From: Syntrophobacteraceae bacterium
GTDB lineage: Bacteria > Desulfobacterota > Syntrophobacteria > Syntrophobacterales > Syntrophobacteraceae
Length of the DNA: 64,000 nt
Reading direction: 5' to 3'
Assembly (NCBI GenBank): GCA_049520035.1
Contig: JBEKQE010000017.1
Coordinates: forward strand, 3,289-67,288
The position numbers and the translations under genes were made by a program. Each line of letters begins with the position of its first letter. Within the stretch, counting starts at the first letter, position 1. Shown in pieces: positions 28,350-37,594 of the stretch. The notes under the pieces were generated by a model, which was not told where the DNA came from, made no database searches, and worked only from the letters and a program-made list of their open reading frames with translations.

Positions 28350-29321
28350 CTAAGGTTTTCCCCGCGTCCCTGCGTCCCTGCGTCTTCGCGTCTCCGTGTC
28401 CCCGCGTCCCCGCTTACCGCTGGAGTTCCTTTTATGATTGGCCAACTCAACCGAAAAGTCCAGGATTTCCGAACTTTCGCGGTATGCGTCCGAGCAGAAA
28501 TCCCCAAGATGCCGAGCGCTTCGCTCGAAATCCTCCATAAACCCCTTAAGGTTTCCCGAACTGTAAAATTGTTCATAGACCTCCAGGCCATCCTTCAACG
28601 CGGAAAGAATCTCTTCGGTATTGGGATTCATCTGGGTGATGGCAGCATAGAGTTCCGGACTTTGCGCGAAAATCCTCCCGACGAGGTTCATTTCGATGCG
28701 GTAGCTCGGGCTTGTATAATTCAGAGTTTCGTCTATGTCTACATCGAGCTTTCTCAAGGTCCTTCCGATGAGCATGGTCGTAAGGTGGAAAAGCACCTGG
28801 ATGATGCCCATCATCCTGTCGTGTTCCACCGGGCTGCATTCCTTGACCCGGATGCCGCTTGAGGTAAAAAGCGCGCGCAGCTTCCGCCACTGCGCCTGGC
28901 CGATGCGAACGGGACAGGCGGCAAGAGTCTGGCCGGTAAAGCTCGATATTCGGCCTCCAAACATTGGGTGAAGCCCGACGACGCAAGCGGGGGACTTAAG
29001 CATCTCTTCCACGGGGGCGGTCTTCAGGCTGGTCAGGTCCATCAGGAGCTGACCCGGCCGGGTATGGGGAACGAGTCTTCTGATTATCTCGACGGTCTTG
29101 TGAAGCGGCACGGCAAAAATGACTATATCGGATTCATGTACAGCCCGCTCGGGCGTAAGCGCCGTACCCAGGTCGGCAATATTGACGTGAAATCCATGCG
29201 AGCTGAAGAACTTTGAAAAAAGCCGGCCCATTTCGCCCTGCCCGCCGATTATCCCGATTACGGAGCGCTTATTCCACGATCGGCTTGAGTCGGTTGGGCC
29301 GCAACAGTGAGTGCCATCCAT
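28350..29321 (-). CDS. tyrA: Prephenate dehydrogenase
   Basis: Rossmann IGIIGGQGEMGRLFSKFF, HPMFG and HDRMMGIIQVL motifs. The last ~20 codons (GKRGRGDTETRRRRDAGTRGKP) are read from an octamer repeat. Confidence 0.85.
   Translation of the reverse strand: MDGTHCCGPTDSSRSWNKRSVIGIIGGQGEMGRLFSKFFSSHGFHVNIADLGTALTPERAVHESDIVIFAVPLHKTVEIIRRLVPHTRPGQLLMDLTSLKTAPVEEMLKSPACVVGLHPMFGGRISSFTGQTLAACPVRIGQAQWRKLRALFTSSGIRVKECSPVEHDRMMGIIQVLFHLTTMLIGRTLRKLDVDIDETLNYTSPSYRIEMNLVGRIFAQSPELYAAITQMNPNTEEILSALKDGLEVYEQFYSSGNLKGFMEDFERSARHLGDFCSDAYRESSEILDFSVELANHKRNSSGKRGRGDTETRRRRDAGTRGKP
28360..28413. repeat. Octamer-periodic tract (GCGTCCCT/GCGTCTTC/GCGTCTCC/GTGTCCCC/GCGTCCCC)
   Basis: Six consecutive 8-nt units, from the same octamer family as the arrays at 36825, 48727 and 54036 (opposite strand). 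Confidence 0.85.
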
Positions 29322-29355
29322 ACTTTGTTCCTTTAACCTGTACGCCCATGTCCTT

Positions 29356-30369
29356 TCAGATAAACCGGCCGACCGCTTCGGCGACCCGGCGGCATTCCTC
29401 GATCATGGCAAAAAATACTTTCGGGCGAAGAGATTGAGGACCGTCGCTCATTGCTTCCTCAGGACGCACGTGCACTTCAACGAGGAGCCCATCGGCGCCG
29501 GCCGCGATGGCCGCCCTCGAGACTGCGGGCACAAGGTCCGCCCTCCCCACCGCGTGACTCGGGTCAACGATTACCGGAAGGTGTGTGAGTAGCTTCAGAA
29601 GCGGCACCGCGCTGATATCGAGGGTATTTCGGGTTTCGGTTTCGAAGGTGCGGATTCCCCTTTCGCACAGAATTACCTTCTCGTTTCCCTGCGCCATGAT
29701 GTATTCGGCCGACATGAGAAATTCCTTTATGGTCGCGCAGAGGCCGCGTTTCAGGATGACCGGTTTATCGATGTTGCCAACCTCAGTGAGGAGCCTGAAA
29801 TTTGCCATGTTGCGAGTACCGATCTGGACGATGTCCGCATACTTGCAAACCATCACGGTGTCTCTTGGATCCATGAGTTCGGTAACTATCTTCATACCGG
29901 TTTTTTCGCGCACTCCAGCAAGGTATTTCAACCCCTTTTCGCCCCAGCCCTGGAACGCGTAGGGTGAAGTGCGTGGTTTGAAAGCGCCGCCGCGCAAAAA
30001 ATGAACCCCGGCAGGCTCGATCTCCTCGGCGATCTCCTCGAGAACTTCCCGGCTCTCGACCGCACACGGCCCTGCGATAATCTGGATCTGAAGGCCGCCG
30101 ATCTCAAGGCCGTTTATATGCACCACGCTGTTTTCAGGCTTGAACTCCCTGCTGACCAGCTTGTACGGTTTCAAGATGGGGAGCACCTTCTCCACTCCTG
30201 GAAAGGACTCCATAGGGATCTCCGCTATAACCCGTTCATCTCCAATCGCACCCACAATGGTCCGGTGCTCGCCTTTGGAGATATGTGCCCGGAGGTTCAT
30301 GTCCTCGAGGCGTCGGACTATTCTGAGCAGGTCTTCTTCCAGGTGATCCGGACGCATTACAATGATCAT
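29356..30369 (-). CDS. aroF: 3-deoxy-7-phosphoheptulonate (DAHP) synthase, class I-beta with N-terminal regulatory domain
   Basis: N-terminal ferredoxin-like domain (MIIVMRPDHLEEDLLRIVRRLEDMNLRAHISKGEHRTIVGAIGD), AGPCAVES, and KPRTSPYAFQG motifs. Confidence 0.9.
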   Translation of the reverse strand: MIIVMRPDHLEEDLLRIVRRLEDMNLRAHISKGEHRTIVGAIGDERVIAEIPMESFPGVEKVLPILKPYKLVSREFKPENSVVHINGLEIGGLQIQIIAGPCAVESREVLEEIAEEIEPAGVHFLRGGAFKPRTSPYAFQGWGEKGLKYLAGVREKTGMKIVTELMDPRDTVMVCKYADIVQIGTRNMANFRLLTEVGNIDKPVILKRGLCATIKEFLMSAEYIMAQGNEKVILCERGIRTFETETRNTLDISAVPLLKLLTHLPVIVDPSHAVGRADLVPAVSRAAIAAGADGLLVEVHVRPEEAMSDGPQSLRPKVFFAMIEECRRVAEAVGRFI

Positions 30370-30415
30370 GACGATTTTCCCCCACAGTTCTTTTCAATTC
30401 GGAACTATCGCATAC

Positions 30416-30451
30416 AAAAAAAGCCGTGGGCACTCCAGGCGCTCACGGCTT
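30416..30451 (-). terminator. Intrinsic terminator / attenuator hairpin 45 nt upstream of the aroF start
   Basis: The minus strand reads GAAGCCGUG-A-GCGC-CUGGA-GUGC-C-CACGGCUUU followed by a U7 run. Confidence 0.6.
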
Positions 30452-30472
30452 CAAAACAAACAAATTGAATTG

Positions 30473-30547
30473 TCAGGACCAGAGCATACCCGAGACCTTC
30501 CCTTCGCTGGGGTAAAAATAAGCGTAATAATAAAATCCGGTGAGCAT
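30473..30547 (-). promoter_or_regulatory. Candidate leader peptide ORF MLTGFYYYAYFYPSEGKVSGMLWS
   Basis: AGGAGAG lies 4 nt before the ATG. Seven of eight consecutive codons (5-12) encode Tyr or Phe. The ORF ends 22 nt before the terminator hairpin. Confidence 0.55.
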
Positions 30548-30675
30548 TATTCTCTCCTACCCGGTTCAGAATAGACTTCATTGCGGGCATTTTGTCAAGA
30601 TAAATTCCAGACAAATTCCAAGACAGGAAACCTTCGAAAACCGTGCTTTCCGCCGATACGCCATTGCCTGAGGAC

Positions 30676-30951
30676 CTACACGTATTCCAGTTTCCGCATC
30701 AGCACGGATTCGTATCCGACCTCCAGCTCGCCGCAGCCAAAAACCCTTTCTCCATCCCTCGTTTTTGCCCGAACGCAGACATCCTCCACCTTCTCGTTGA
30801 TTCCGGCTGAATCGCCGGAAAAGTACAGAATCAGGTCCGGTATGCCGTCATCATTTAAATCCCTCAGACTGCGGGCATAAATCTCGGGGTCGGTCATATC
30901 GTCAGCAGGCCCGACGTTGCCAGGTCCGATTCTCACCCAACAAGGATCCAC
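30676..30951 (-). CDS. Hypothetical protein with an FG-GAP/VCBS-like Asp-rich segment (DLNDDGIPDLILYF)
   Basis: ORF with a GTG start. The same frame continues upstream through a TAG (30988-30990) to an SD-preceded ATG at 31017. Confidence 0.35.
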   Translation of the reverse strand: MDPCWVRIGPGNVGPADDMTDPEIYARSLRDLNDDGIPDLILYFSGDSAGINEKVEDVCVRAKTRDGERVFGCGELEVGYESVLMRKLEYV

Positions 30952-31171
30952 CCGCCCGGGGTCGAAGTCGAAACCGTGTGTTAAAACCTACCCATGCTCT
31001 TTTTTTATTTTGTCCATGATCTTCCTCCAGAATTAAAAAACGGAACTCTAAAAAATAATTTAAGAGGAGAGAAAGAATGTTGTCAATCGAGGTAAATTCT
31101 TTGATGTCTTCAATCCGCCGACTCCTGTCAGTCCTTTGACTCGGCGCCTGGGCGCCTGACCCGCGAACCGG

Positions 31172-31885
31172 CTATTCGAGTTTTCGCAGAAAATCATGGA
31201 GGATATCCTCGGCGCGATAGCCTTTAAGGCGTGCGATATTAACCAGTCGAGCAAGGAGGCGGCCCAGATCGTCCGGAGAATCGAGCCGGTCGGACTCGAT
31301 CTTGCTCGCCAGTTCGCCACTTTCCCTGGCAAATTCACGCCCCTGTTTCCGGATGTCGTTCCAATTCACATCTTCTTTTTGCGAGAGGCGCGAAAGGATT
31401 CTATGCGCGCGAATAAGGGCCGGGAGCGAGTCCGGGACTGGTTCGGCTGCCTTGCCGCTTGCGCGCTTCTCCCCGGCTTTTATCATTTCCCAGTTATCTT
31501 TAACCTCCTCGGCCGAATTGACGCTCGTTCCACCGAAAACGTGCGGATGCCTGCGGATCATTTTTTCGCTGATTCTGCGGCAAACTTCTTCCAGGCTGAA
31601 ATCTCCCCGTTGCTCGTATAAATAAACGAGGAAAAACGCCATAAAGAGAACGTCCCCGAGTTCTTCGGCTACCTCTTCCACTTTTTTCGCCCGCACTGCC
31701 GCAGCGGCTTCGTGGGATTCTTCAACCAGGTAGGTCTGGATTGTTTCAGGGGTCTGCTTCCGGTCCCAGGGGCAACCGGTTTCACTTCGTAGGCGCTCGA
31801 TTATCCGGAGGATTTCCTCTATCGCATTCCATCGGTCAGTTTTTGTTTCTTTCACCTTTTTCCTTTGAATCAGAACCGTGTCCAA
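31172..31885 (-). CDS. mazG: Nucleoside triphosphate pyrophosphohydrolase MazG
   Basis: GCPWDRKQTPETIQTYLVEESHEAAAAV and the second half-domain. It overlaps the cvpA 3' end by 50 nt, so the true start may be the GTG at 31855. Confidence 0.85.
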   Translation of the reverse strand: MDTVLIQRKKVKETKTDRWNAIEEILRIIERLRSETGCPWDRKQTPETIQTYLVEESHEAAAAVRAKKVEEVAEELGDVLFMAFFLVYLYEQRGDFSLEEVCRRISEKMIRRHPHVFGGTSVNSAEEVKDNWEMIKAGEKRASGKAAEPVPDSLPALIRAHRILSRLSQKEDVNWNDIRKQGREFARESGELASKIESDRLDSPDDLGRLLARLVNIARLKGYRAEDILHDFLRKLE

Positions 31886-32441
31886 AGAAGGAGTCCAGCA
31901 GAGTCGATGTTCGGTCGGTCAGCAGCTTTTCGACCTCCTTCTGCTTTTTGGAAAGCTCCTGCTGCACCTTTACGGGCGCCAATTTGAAGAGGAATTGGGA
32001 TGCCTCCCTGACTCTGGGCGCAAGCGTTGACTGTGCGATGAGCGGCGGGTTGCCGCCGAAAGAAAACAACGTCAAAAAAGAGATCGCCACAATCGCAAAA
32101 AGGAACGCTTTGCAGAATCCGATTATCGCGCCACAGAGCCGGTCAAGAAACCCAAGACCGGCGCTGTGTAAGATCCTGGCAACCCAGAAACCCGCCACCG
32201 CAATACTGAACCAGGTTAACAGAAACAGCAGGATGAAGCCGAGGGGTCCGGCGGCAGTAGCCGAAATAGTAGGGAACTGCCTGGTTATAAAAAATCCCAC
32301 GGGCTGATACTGGTGAGAGGCTACAAGGAAACCTGTTAAAATGCCGGCGATTCCGATTATCTGAGAAATGGCGCCGCGCATAAGGCCTCTGAGCACCCAG
32401 AAAGCTCCTGCAAAGATCAGAATCCAGTCGAGAATGTTCAT
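31836..32441 (-). CDS. cvpA: CvpA-family membrane protein
   Basis: MNILDWILIFAGAFWVLRGLMRGAISQIIGIAGILTGF, 4 TM segments. The start is set at the internal Met. Confidence 0.8.
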   Translation of the reverse strand: MNILDWILIFAGAFWVLRGLMRGAISQIIGIAGILTGFLVASHQYQPVGFFITRQFPTISATAAGPLGFILLFLLTWFSIAVAGFWVARILHSAGLGFLDRLCGAIIGFCKAFLFAIVAISFLTLFSFGGNPPLIAQSTLAPRVREASQFLFKLAPVKVQQELSKKQKEVEKLLTDRTSTLLDSFFGHGSDSKEKGERNKN

Positions 32442-32629
32442 AGTCGGCCCCCATTTGGAGGGAGTAAAAGCCGCCACATAGCGAGGAGCAACAAACAGGG
32501 AGCAGAGTTTGGCATCGGCTCCTTGCTTCTTGCTTGCCGGTACCCCTTTTTATCTTGGCAGCATTCTTGCACGGTTGCAAGAGCAAATGCCGGTTATTAT
32601 AAAGTGGCTGTTGTCATAGCAAAAATTGC

Positions 32630-33721
32630 GTGATAATAATGTTGGTTCCGTTTACCACGGTAACCACATATTTTTTTAGAGGTAAAATAATTTTGGCTCA
32701 GGCAGTCTACAACCACAGAAACGAACCTCAGAGTACCTCTATACAGGTTATTTTTGACGATAACAGATTGCTTCAGTTGCTTGTAGGAGAACGAAACGCC
32801 AATCTGAAGACAATCGAAACGCGTCTTGATGTCCAGGTTCACTTGCGCGGGAATCAGCTTACCGTTTCCGGGGCTCGAGCCGACGTGGAAGTTGGCGAGC
32901 GCCTTCTCAATGAACTGGCCGACCTGGTCCGAGGCGGTTACCCGCTCTACGAAAACGATATCCTGTTTGCGATTCAGATCCTGAGTGATAATATCAGCCG
33001 CCGTCTAAGAGATATTTTTCTCGACCAGGTTTTTATAGCTTCCAATAAAAAGGCTATCAGCCCCAAGAGCATCAAGCAGAAAGAATACATAGAAGCTATT
33101 CGCAGCTATGATATCGTGTTCGGGGTAGGTCCGGCCGGGACCGGAAAGACATACCTTGCGATGGCGATGGCGGTAGCCGCAATGTCAAAGGATGGTGTCC
33201 GGCGCATAGTGCTTGTCCGCCCTGCTGTTGAAGCCGGCGAAAAACTGGGGTTTCTGCCGGGTGATCTTGCTGAGAAGGTCAACCCTTACCTGCGGCCGCT
33301 CTATGACGCTCTACACGACATGATGGACTTCGAGCGCACAAGCAATTTGATCCAGAGAGGGGTAATCGAGGTAGCGCCTCTTGCCTTCATGCGGGGCCGC
33401 ACGTTAAACGATTCTTTCGTCATTCTGGACGAAGCGCAGAATACGACCGCCGAGCAGATGAAAATGTTTCTGACGCGGCTTGGTCTTGGTTCCAAGGCGG
33501 TCATAACCGGCGATATAACTCAAATAGATCTACCCGAGAACAAGCCTTCGGGGCTGGTGGAAGCAATCGAACTGCTACAGGGAGTTCAGGGAATTCGAAT
33601 GGTCTATTTCACAAAACGAGACGTGGTCAGGCACAAACTCGTGCAGGACATAATCGACGCCTATGAGAGAGCCGAGAGCAAAAAAGGCCCGACCACCTTC
33701 AGGGACGCCGAGAGAAGCTGA
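32630..33721 (+). CDS. phoH: PhoH-family ATPase
   Basis: Walker A GPAGTGKTYLAMAMAV, plus VLVRPAVEAGEKLGFLPGD. The start is uncertain (candidates are ATG 32639 and TTG 32693). Confidence 0.85.
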   Translation: MIIMLVPFTTVTTYFFRGKIILAQAVYNHRNEPQSTSIQVIFDDNRLLQLLVGERNANLKTIETRLDVQVHLRGNQLTVSGARADVEVGERLLNELADLVRGGYPLYENDILFAIQILSDNISRRLRDIFLDQVFIASNKKAISPKSIKQKEYIEAIRSYDIVFGVGPAGTGKTYLAMAMAVAAMSKDGVRRIVLVRPAVEAGEKLGFLPGDLAEKVNPYLRPLYDALHDMMDFERTSNLIQRGVIEVAPLAFMRGRTLNDSFVILDEAQNTTAEQMKMFLTRLGLGSKAVITGDITQIDLPENKPSGLVEAIELLQGVQGIRMVYFTKRDVVRHKLVQDIIDAYERAESKKGPTTFRDAERS

Positions 33722-33723
33722 AC

Positions 33724-36219
33724 ATGGAGAAGGACAAGCGCGAGCCCGAAAAGGGCAGGAGCAAACCCAGGCCGAAACTCCTGGCCAGGCTGATTCCCTG
33801 TAATGTTCAAAACATTTATTGCCGGAAGTGGGTGCTACTGGCGGGCTTAAGTGTTGTCGTAGCTACCCTGGTGAGTCCTTCATTCATAGTCGAGAATCCT
33901 CGCTACCGGCTGGGCGAAATTGCGGATCGCAATATAAAGGCGCAACATGATTTTTTGATAGAAGATGAAGAGGCGACAGCAAAGAAACGTGAAGAGGCGA
34001 TCCGTCAGTCGCCTGTTGTCTATGTTTTTGACGAGACGATCACCAGAAATCTTATCGACAAACTCGAGGGATCGTTCAAGACCATGCGTGAGGCTCAGAC
34101 CAGCCTCGAATCGGAACCCCTCCCTGCCACTTCCGGCCAGCAACCGCTTAAATCAATAGATCGGCAACCCGGTAAAACCGTTACAGATTCGGGTAAGGTT
34201 TCCTCCGTTGCCCCCACTGATGTGGACCGGCTCCAGGGCAAGAAAAAGGATTTCGAAGAGTTTCTCGGCTGCTCGCTCAACGGTGACATCTTTAAGTGTC
34301 TTATCGAGCAGCAGTTTAGCCTGGAAGTTCAAGAAAAGATTCAAAATCTCGTAAAGACCACAATGGACGGCGGCATTGTCGCCAGCAAGGCATGGGATCA
34401 CGACGAGCAACGCGGAAACCTTCTGCTCCGCAAATCGGAGACGGGTGAAGAGAGCCTGATCCCCCCGCCGTTTCCCTATCCGGATATCGATGAAGCCCGC
34501 AGGATGATCGTCATGAAGGCGCTGGAACCAGGCCGGGACGTCAGAGAACTGATGCTGATATCTTCGGTTGTATCCTCCCTTCTACAGCCCAATCTTACGT
34601 TCAATCTGGAAGCCACCGAAAAAAAACGTCAGGAAGCATACGCTTCGGTTAAGCCTGTTTTTATTAAAATTGCTCGAAACGAAATGCTGGTGAGGGAGGG
34701 GCAAAGCATCGGCCGTGAGGAGATGCTCAAGCTTAGGTACTATTTAAGGAACTCATCCGCCAGATCCTGGTTTTTTACGTTCCTGGCGATTTTCACGTTC
34801 AGCATGGTCTGCATCGGTGTTGTGTTGCATGTTGCAAAGCAGAGCCTTCCCCATATACGAATGGACTTGCACGACTGCCTGTTTCTGGGCATGCTTTTAG
34901 TCTTCCTGCTGATGCTGTCCAGGTCGGGGCTTTGGGTTGGAGACAGCATAGGCGACAGCTCTGGAATAATTTCCACAAAGACCTTTATCTATGCTGTCCC
35001 CTTGAGCGCCGGTGCGATGATAGCCTGCATCTTTTTCGGGGTTACGGTTTCGCTCATTTTCTCGCTGGTGGTCACGCTCTTTTCCGGGATGATTTTCGGC
35101 AAAGAGTTCGCAATGTTCTTTTATTTTATGATCGGCGCCTTCGTTGCCGCACATGGCGTTTCGCAGTGCAGAAACCGGATGGTCTCCATAAAGACCGGAT
35201 TGCTCGTGGGCTCTACAAACGTCATTCTGATCGTGTTAAGCGCCTTCCTCCAGGACCAGTGGGTATTATGGAAGGTCCTGTGCGACTCATTTTTCGGTCT
35301 GTCCGGGGGTATTTTCGCAGGAATTCTCGCAACCGGCCTGACCCCCCTTGCCGAGATGCTCTTCGGCTACACGACCGATATCAAGCTGCTCGAACTCGCC
35401 ACAATGGATCAGCCGCTCCTGCGGGAGCTTATGGTGGAAGCGCCCGGGACTTACCATCACAGCGTCATAGTGGGCAACATGGTCGAGGCGTCGGCAAAGT
35501 CGATCGGGGCAAATTCCCTTCTGGCCAAAGTGGCGGCCTATTACCATGACATAGGCAAGATAAAAAAGCCTCTCTACTTCATCGAGAACCAGTTCGAGTG
35601 CGAAAACCGGCATGAGAAGCTTGCTCCGTCAATGAGCAGCCTCATTCTCATTTCCCACGTGAAGGACGGGATAGAACTTGCCAAGCAGCACCATCTGGGC
35701 AAGGAAATCATAAACATTATCAGCCAACACCACGGAAAGAGCTTCATATCCTTTTTCTACAACAAAGCGGTGGAAACGCGTGAAAAAGCCCAGAGCGCGA
35801 AGCCTTCACCCCTTCCTCCCATCGACGCTGACGACTACCGCTATCCCGGTCCCAAACCCCAGACCAAAGAAGCCGGACTGGTATTGCTGGCAGACGTCGT
35901 AGAAGCGGCCTGCCGCTCCCTCACAGAACCTACTCCCGCCAGGATTCAGGGTCTTGTAAACAGGTTGATAAACGGTATATTCAGTGATGGGCAGCTTGAC
36001 GAATGCGAGCTTACCCTCAAGGACATCCACCAGATAGCCAAGCACTTCAACCAGATACTGGCGACGATACATCATAAGCGAATTGAATATCCGGTTGCAA
36101 ACGGAAAGGCAAAAATGGATGGCCCTGATCCAAGTCGCGAACCAAAGCAGGATAAAGATAAATCCGGGGCCAATAGAGAACGCGGCAAAACGGATCTTAA
36201 ACGCCTTGGGATACACTGA
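33724..36219 (+). CDS. 7TM-receptor-HD phosphohydrolase (PgpH/YqfF-like)
   Basis: Large extracytoplasmic N-domain, a 7-TM block and an HD domain (HHSVIVGNMVE...YYHDIGK). The phoH, this gene, ybeY order is conserved. Confidence 0.85.
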   Translation: MEKDKREPEKGRSKPRPKLLARLIPCNVQNIYCRKWVLLAGLSVVVATLVSPSFIVENPRYRLGEIADRNIKAQHDFLIEDEEATAKKREEAIRQSPVVYVFDETITRNLIDKLEGSFKTMREAQTSLESEPLPATSGQQPLKSIDRQPGKTVTDSGKVSSVAPTDVDRLQGKKKDFEEFLGCSLNGDIFKCLIEQQFSLEVQEKIQNLVKTTMDGGIVASKAWDHDEQRGNLLLRKSETGEESLIPPPFPYPDIDEARRMIVMKALEPGRDVRELMLISSVVSSLLQPNLTFNLEATEKKRQEAYASVKPVFIKIARNEMLVREGQSIGREEMLKLRYYLRNSSARSWFFTFLAIFTFSMVCIGVVLHVAKQSLPHIRMDLHDCLFLGMLLVFLLMLSRSGLWVGDSIGDSSGIISTKTFIYAVPLSAGAMIACIFFGVTVSLIFSLVVTLFSGMIFGKEFAMFFYFMIGAFVAAHGVSQCRNRMVSIKTGLLVGSTNVILIVLSAFLQDQWVLWKVLCDSFFGLSGGIFAGILATGLTPLAEMLFGYTTDIKLLELATMDQPLLRELMVEAPGTYHHSVIVGNMVEASAKSIGANSLLAKVAAYYHDIGKIKKPLYFIENQFECENRHEKLAPSMSSLILISHVKDGIELAKQHHLGKEIINIISQHHGKSFISFFYNKAVETREKAQSAKPSPLPPIDADDYRYPGPKPQTKEAGLVLLADVVEAACRSLTEPTPARIQGLVNRLINGIFSDGQLDECELTLKDIHQIAKHFNQILATIHHKRIEYPVANGKAKMDGPDPSREPKQDKDKSGANRERGKTDLKRLGIH

Positions 36220-36592
36220 ATCCGAACTGAGCGTCCTGATCGTCGATGACGGCGAAATGGCCGGACTTAACCAGCAATACCGCCAGGTCGGCCGTACTAC
36301 CGACGTGCTCTGCTTTCCGATGCTCGAGGGTGAATTTAGCGATATCGCCCCCGAAATGCTGGGCGACGTAGTCATTTCAGCGGAGACCGCCAGGGCCGTG
36401 AGCGATGAGACTGGAGCAGCGCTCGAATCGGTGCTGGACCTCCTTCTGGTTCATGGCATTTTGCACCTGCTCGGCCTTGACCATGAGGCGGGTCCGGTCG
36501 GGGCCAGGGAGATGAAATTGAAAACCGAAGAACTCCTTGCGATGCTTGGCCATTGCGGCGAGGAATTCGAGTGGTTCTTCGATACGGATTAG
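36119..36592 (+). CDS. ybeY: rRNA maturation endoribonuclease YbeY
   Basis: HGILHLLGLDH zinc motif and ELSVLIVDDGEMAGLNQQYR. The start is set at the internal Met, and the gene overlaps the upstream gene by about 100 nt. Confidence 0.85.
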   Translation: MALIQVANQSRIKINPGPIENAAKRILNALGYTESELSVLIVDDGEMAGLNQQYRQVGRTTDVLCFPMLEGEFSDIAPEMLGDVVISAETARAVSDETGAALESVLDLLLVHGILHLLGLDHEAGPVGAREMKLKTEELLAMLGHCGEEFEWFFDTD

Positions 36593-36597
36593 GTTCC

Positions 36598-36855
36598 ACG
36601 CGAAGACGCGAAGGCGCGAAGAAAGAAGATACGGATGGAGATTGAGGAAATCGCCAGGCTGGTGGTGGACTCCAGATCTGCCGATGGGCCTCCTCATGAA
36701 CTTCGGAGCTTCTATTTTTAAGAACGGCATCAAACGGATTGTATTTAAGCAACCATTCGAACTTCACGGCTTCGAGGCTTCGTATGCACAAAACCCCTGA
36801 GGTTGTTCAATAACCCATTCAGATTTCGCGTCTTCGCATCTTCGCGTCTTCGCGT
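36598..36855. repeat. Octamer-periodic inverted repeat arms separated by about 195 bp
   Basis: The left arm is ACGCGAAGACGCGAAGGCGCGAAGAAAGAAG. The right arm, TTCGCGTCTTCGCATCTTCGCGTCTTCGCGT, is its near-complement. Confidence 0.85.
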
Positions 36856-36878
36856 AAGCAAGTTTAGGGGGAGCAAAA

Positions 36879-37592
36879 TTGGCAAGACTCGCTATCAATG
36901 TAGACCATGTAGCCACACTTCGACAAGCCCGCCTCGCCTCCGAGCCGGACCCGGTTGCCGCCGCAATGTTTGCCGAGCTTGCGGGAGCGCACGGGATAGT
37001 GGTTCATCTTAGGGAAGACCGCCGCCATATCCAGGACAGGGATGTCGCCGTCCTGCGAAAGACCATCAAAACTAAAATGAACCTGGAGATGTCGGCAACA
37101 AAGGAGATGGTCGAAATCGCCCGGAAGACAAAACCCGACGTGGTGACCCTGGTCCCTGAAAAGCGCCAGGAATTGACGACCGAAGGGGGCCTCGACGTCG
37201 TCCTTTTCGAAACCCCCCTGGTGAGTGTTATAAAGACTCTGCACGGCAGTGGCATTGCGGTCAGCCTTTTTATAGAACCGGATGCCAAACACATCGAAGC
37301 GGCCAAAAGGCTTGAAGCCGACTACATTGAAGTCCACACCGGGGCTTTTGCGGAAGCCCAATCTCCTGCGAACCGCCAGGAGCAGTATGAAAGGATCATT
37401 ACCGCAGCAAGGCTGGCAAAGAAACTGGAGATAGGAGTGCATGCCGGACACGGGGTCGATTACCAGAATATTCTCTGGCTCAGGAACATAACGGAGATAG
37501 AGGAGTTCAGCATCGGCCACTCGATAATCGCACGGGCTGTGTTGATCGGTATGGATCGGGCCGTTCGCGAAATGCTCCAACTGATGGGCTGA
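36879..37592 (+). CDS. pdxJ: Pyridoxine 5'-phosphate synthase
   Basis: LAINVDHVATLRQAR and HLREDRRHIQDRDV motifs. 237 aa. Confidence 0.9.
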   Translation: MARLAINVDHVATLRQARLASEPDPVAAAMFAELAGAHGIVVHLREDRRHIQDRDVAVLRKTIKTKMNLEMSATKEMVEIARKTKPDVVTLVPEKRQELTTEGGLDVVLFETPLVSVIKTLHGSGIAVSLFIEPDAKHIEAAKRLEADYIEVHTGAFAEAQSPANRQEQYERIITAARLAKKLEIGVHAGHGVDYQNILWLRNITEIEEFSIGHSIIARAVLIGMDRAVREMLQLMG

Positions 37593-37594
37593 CC

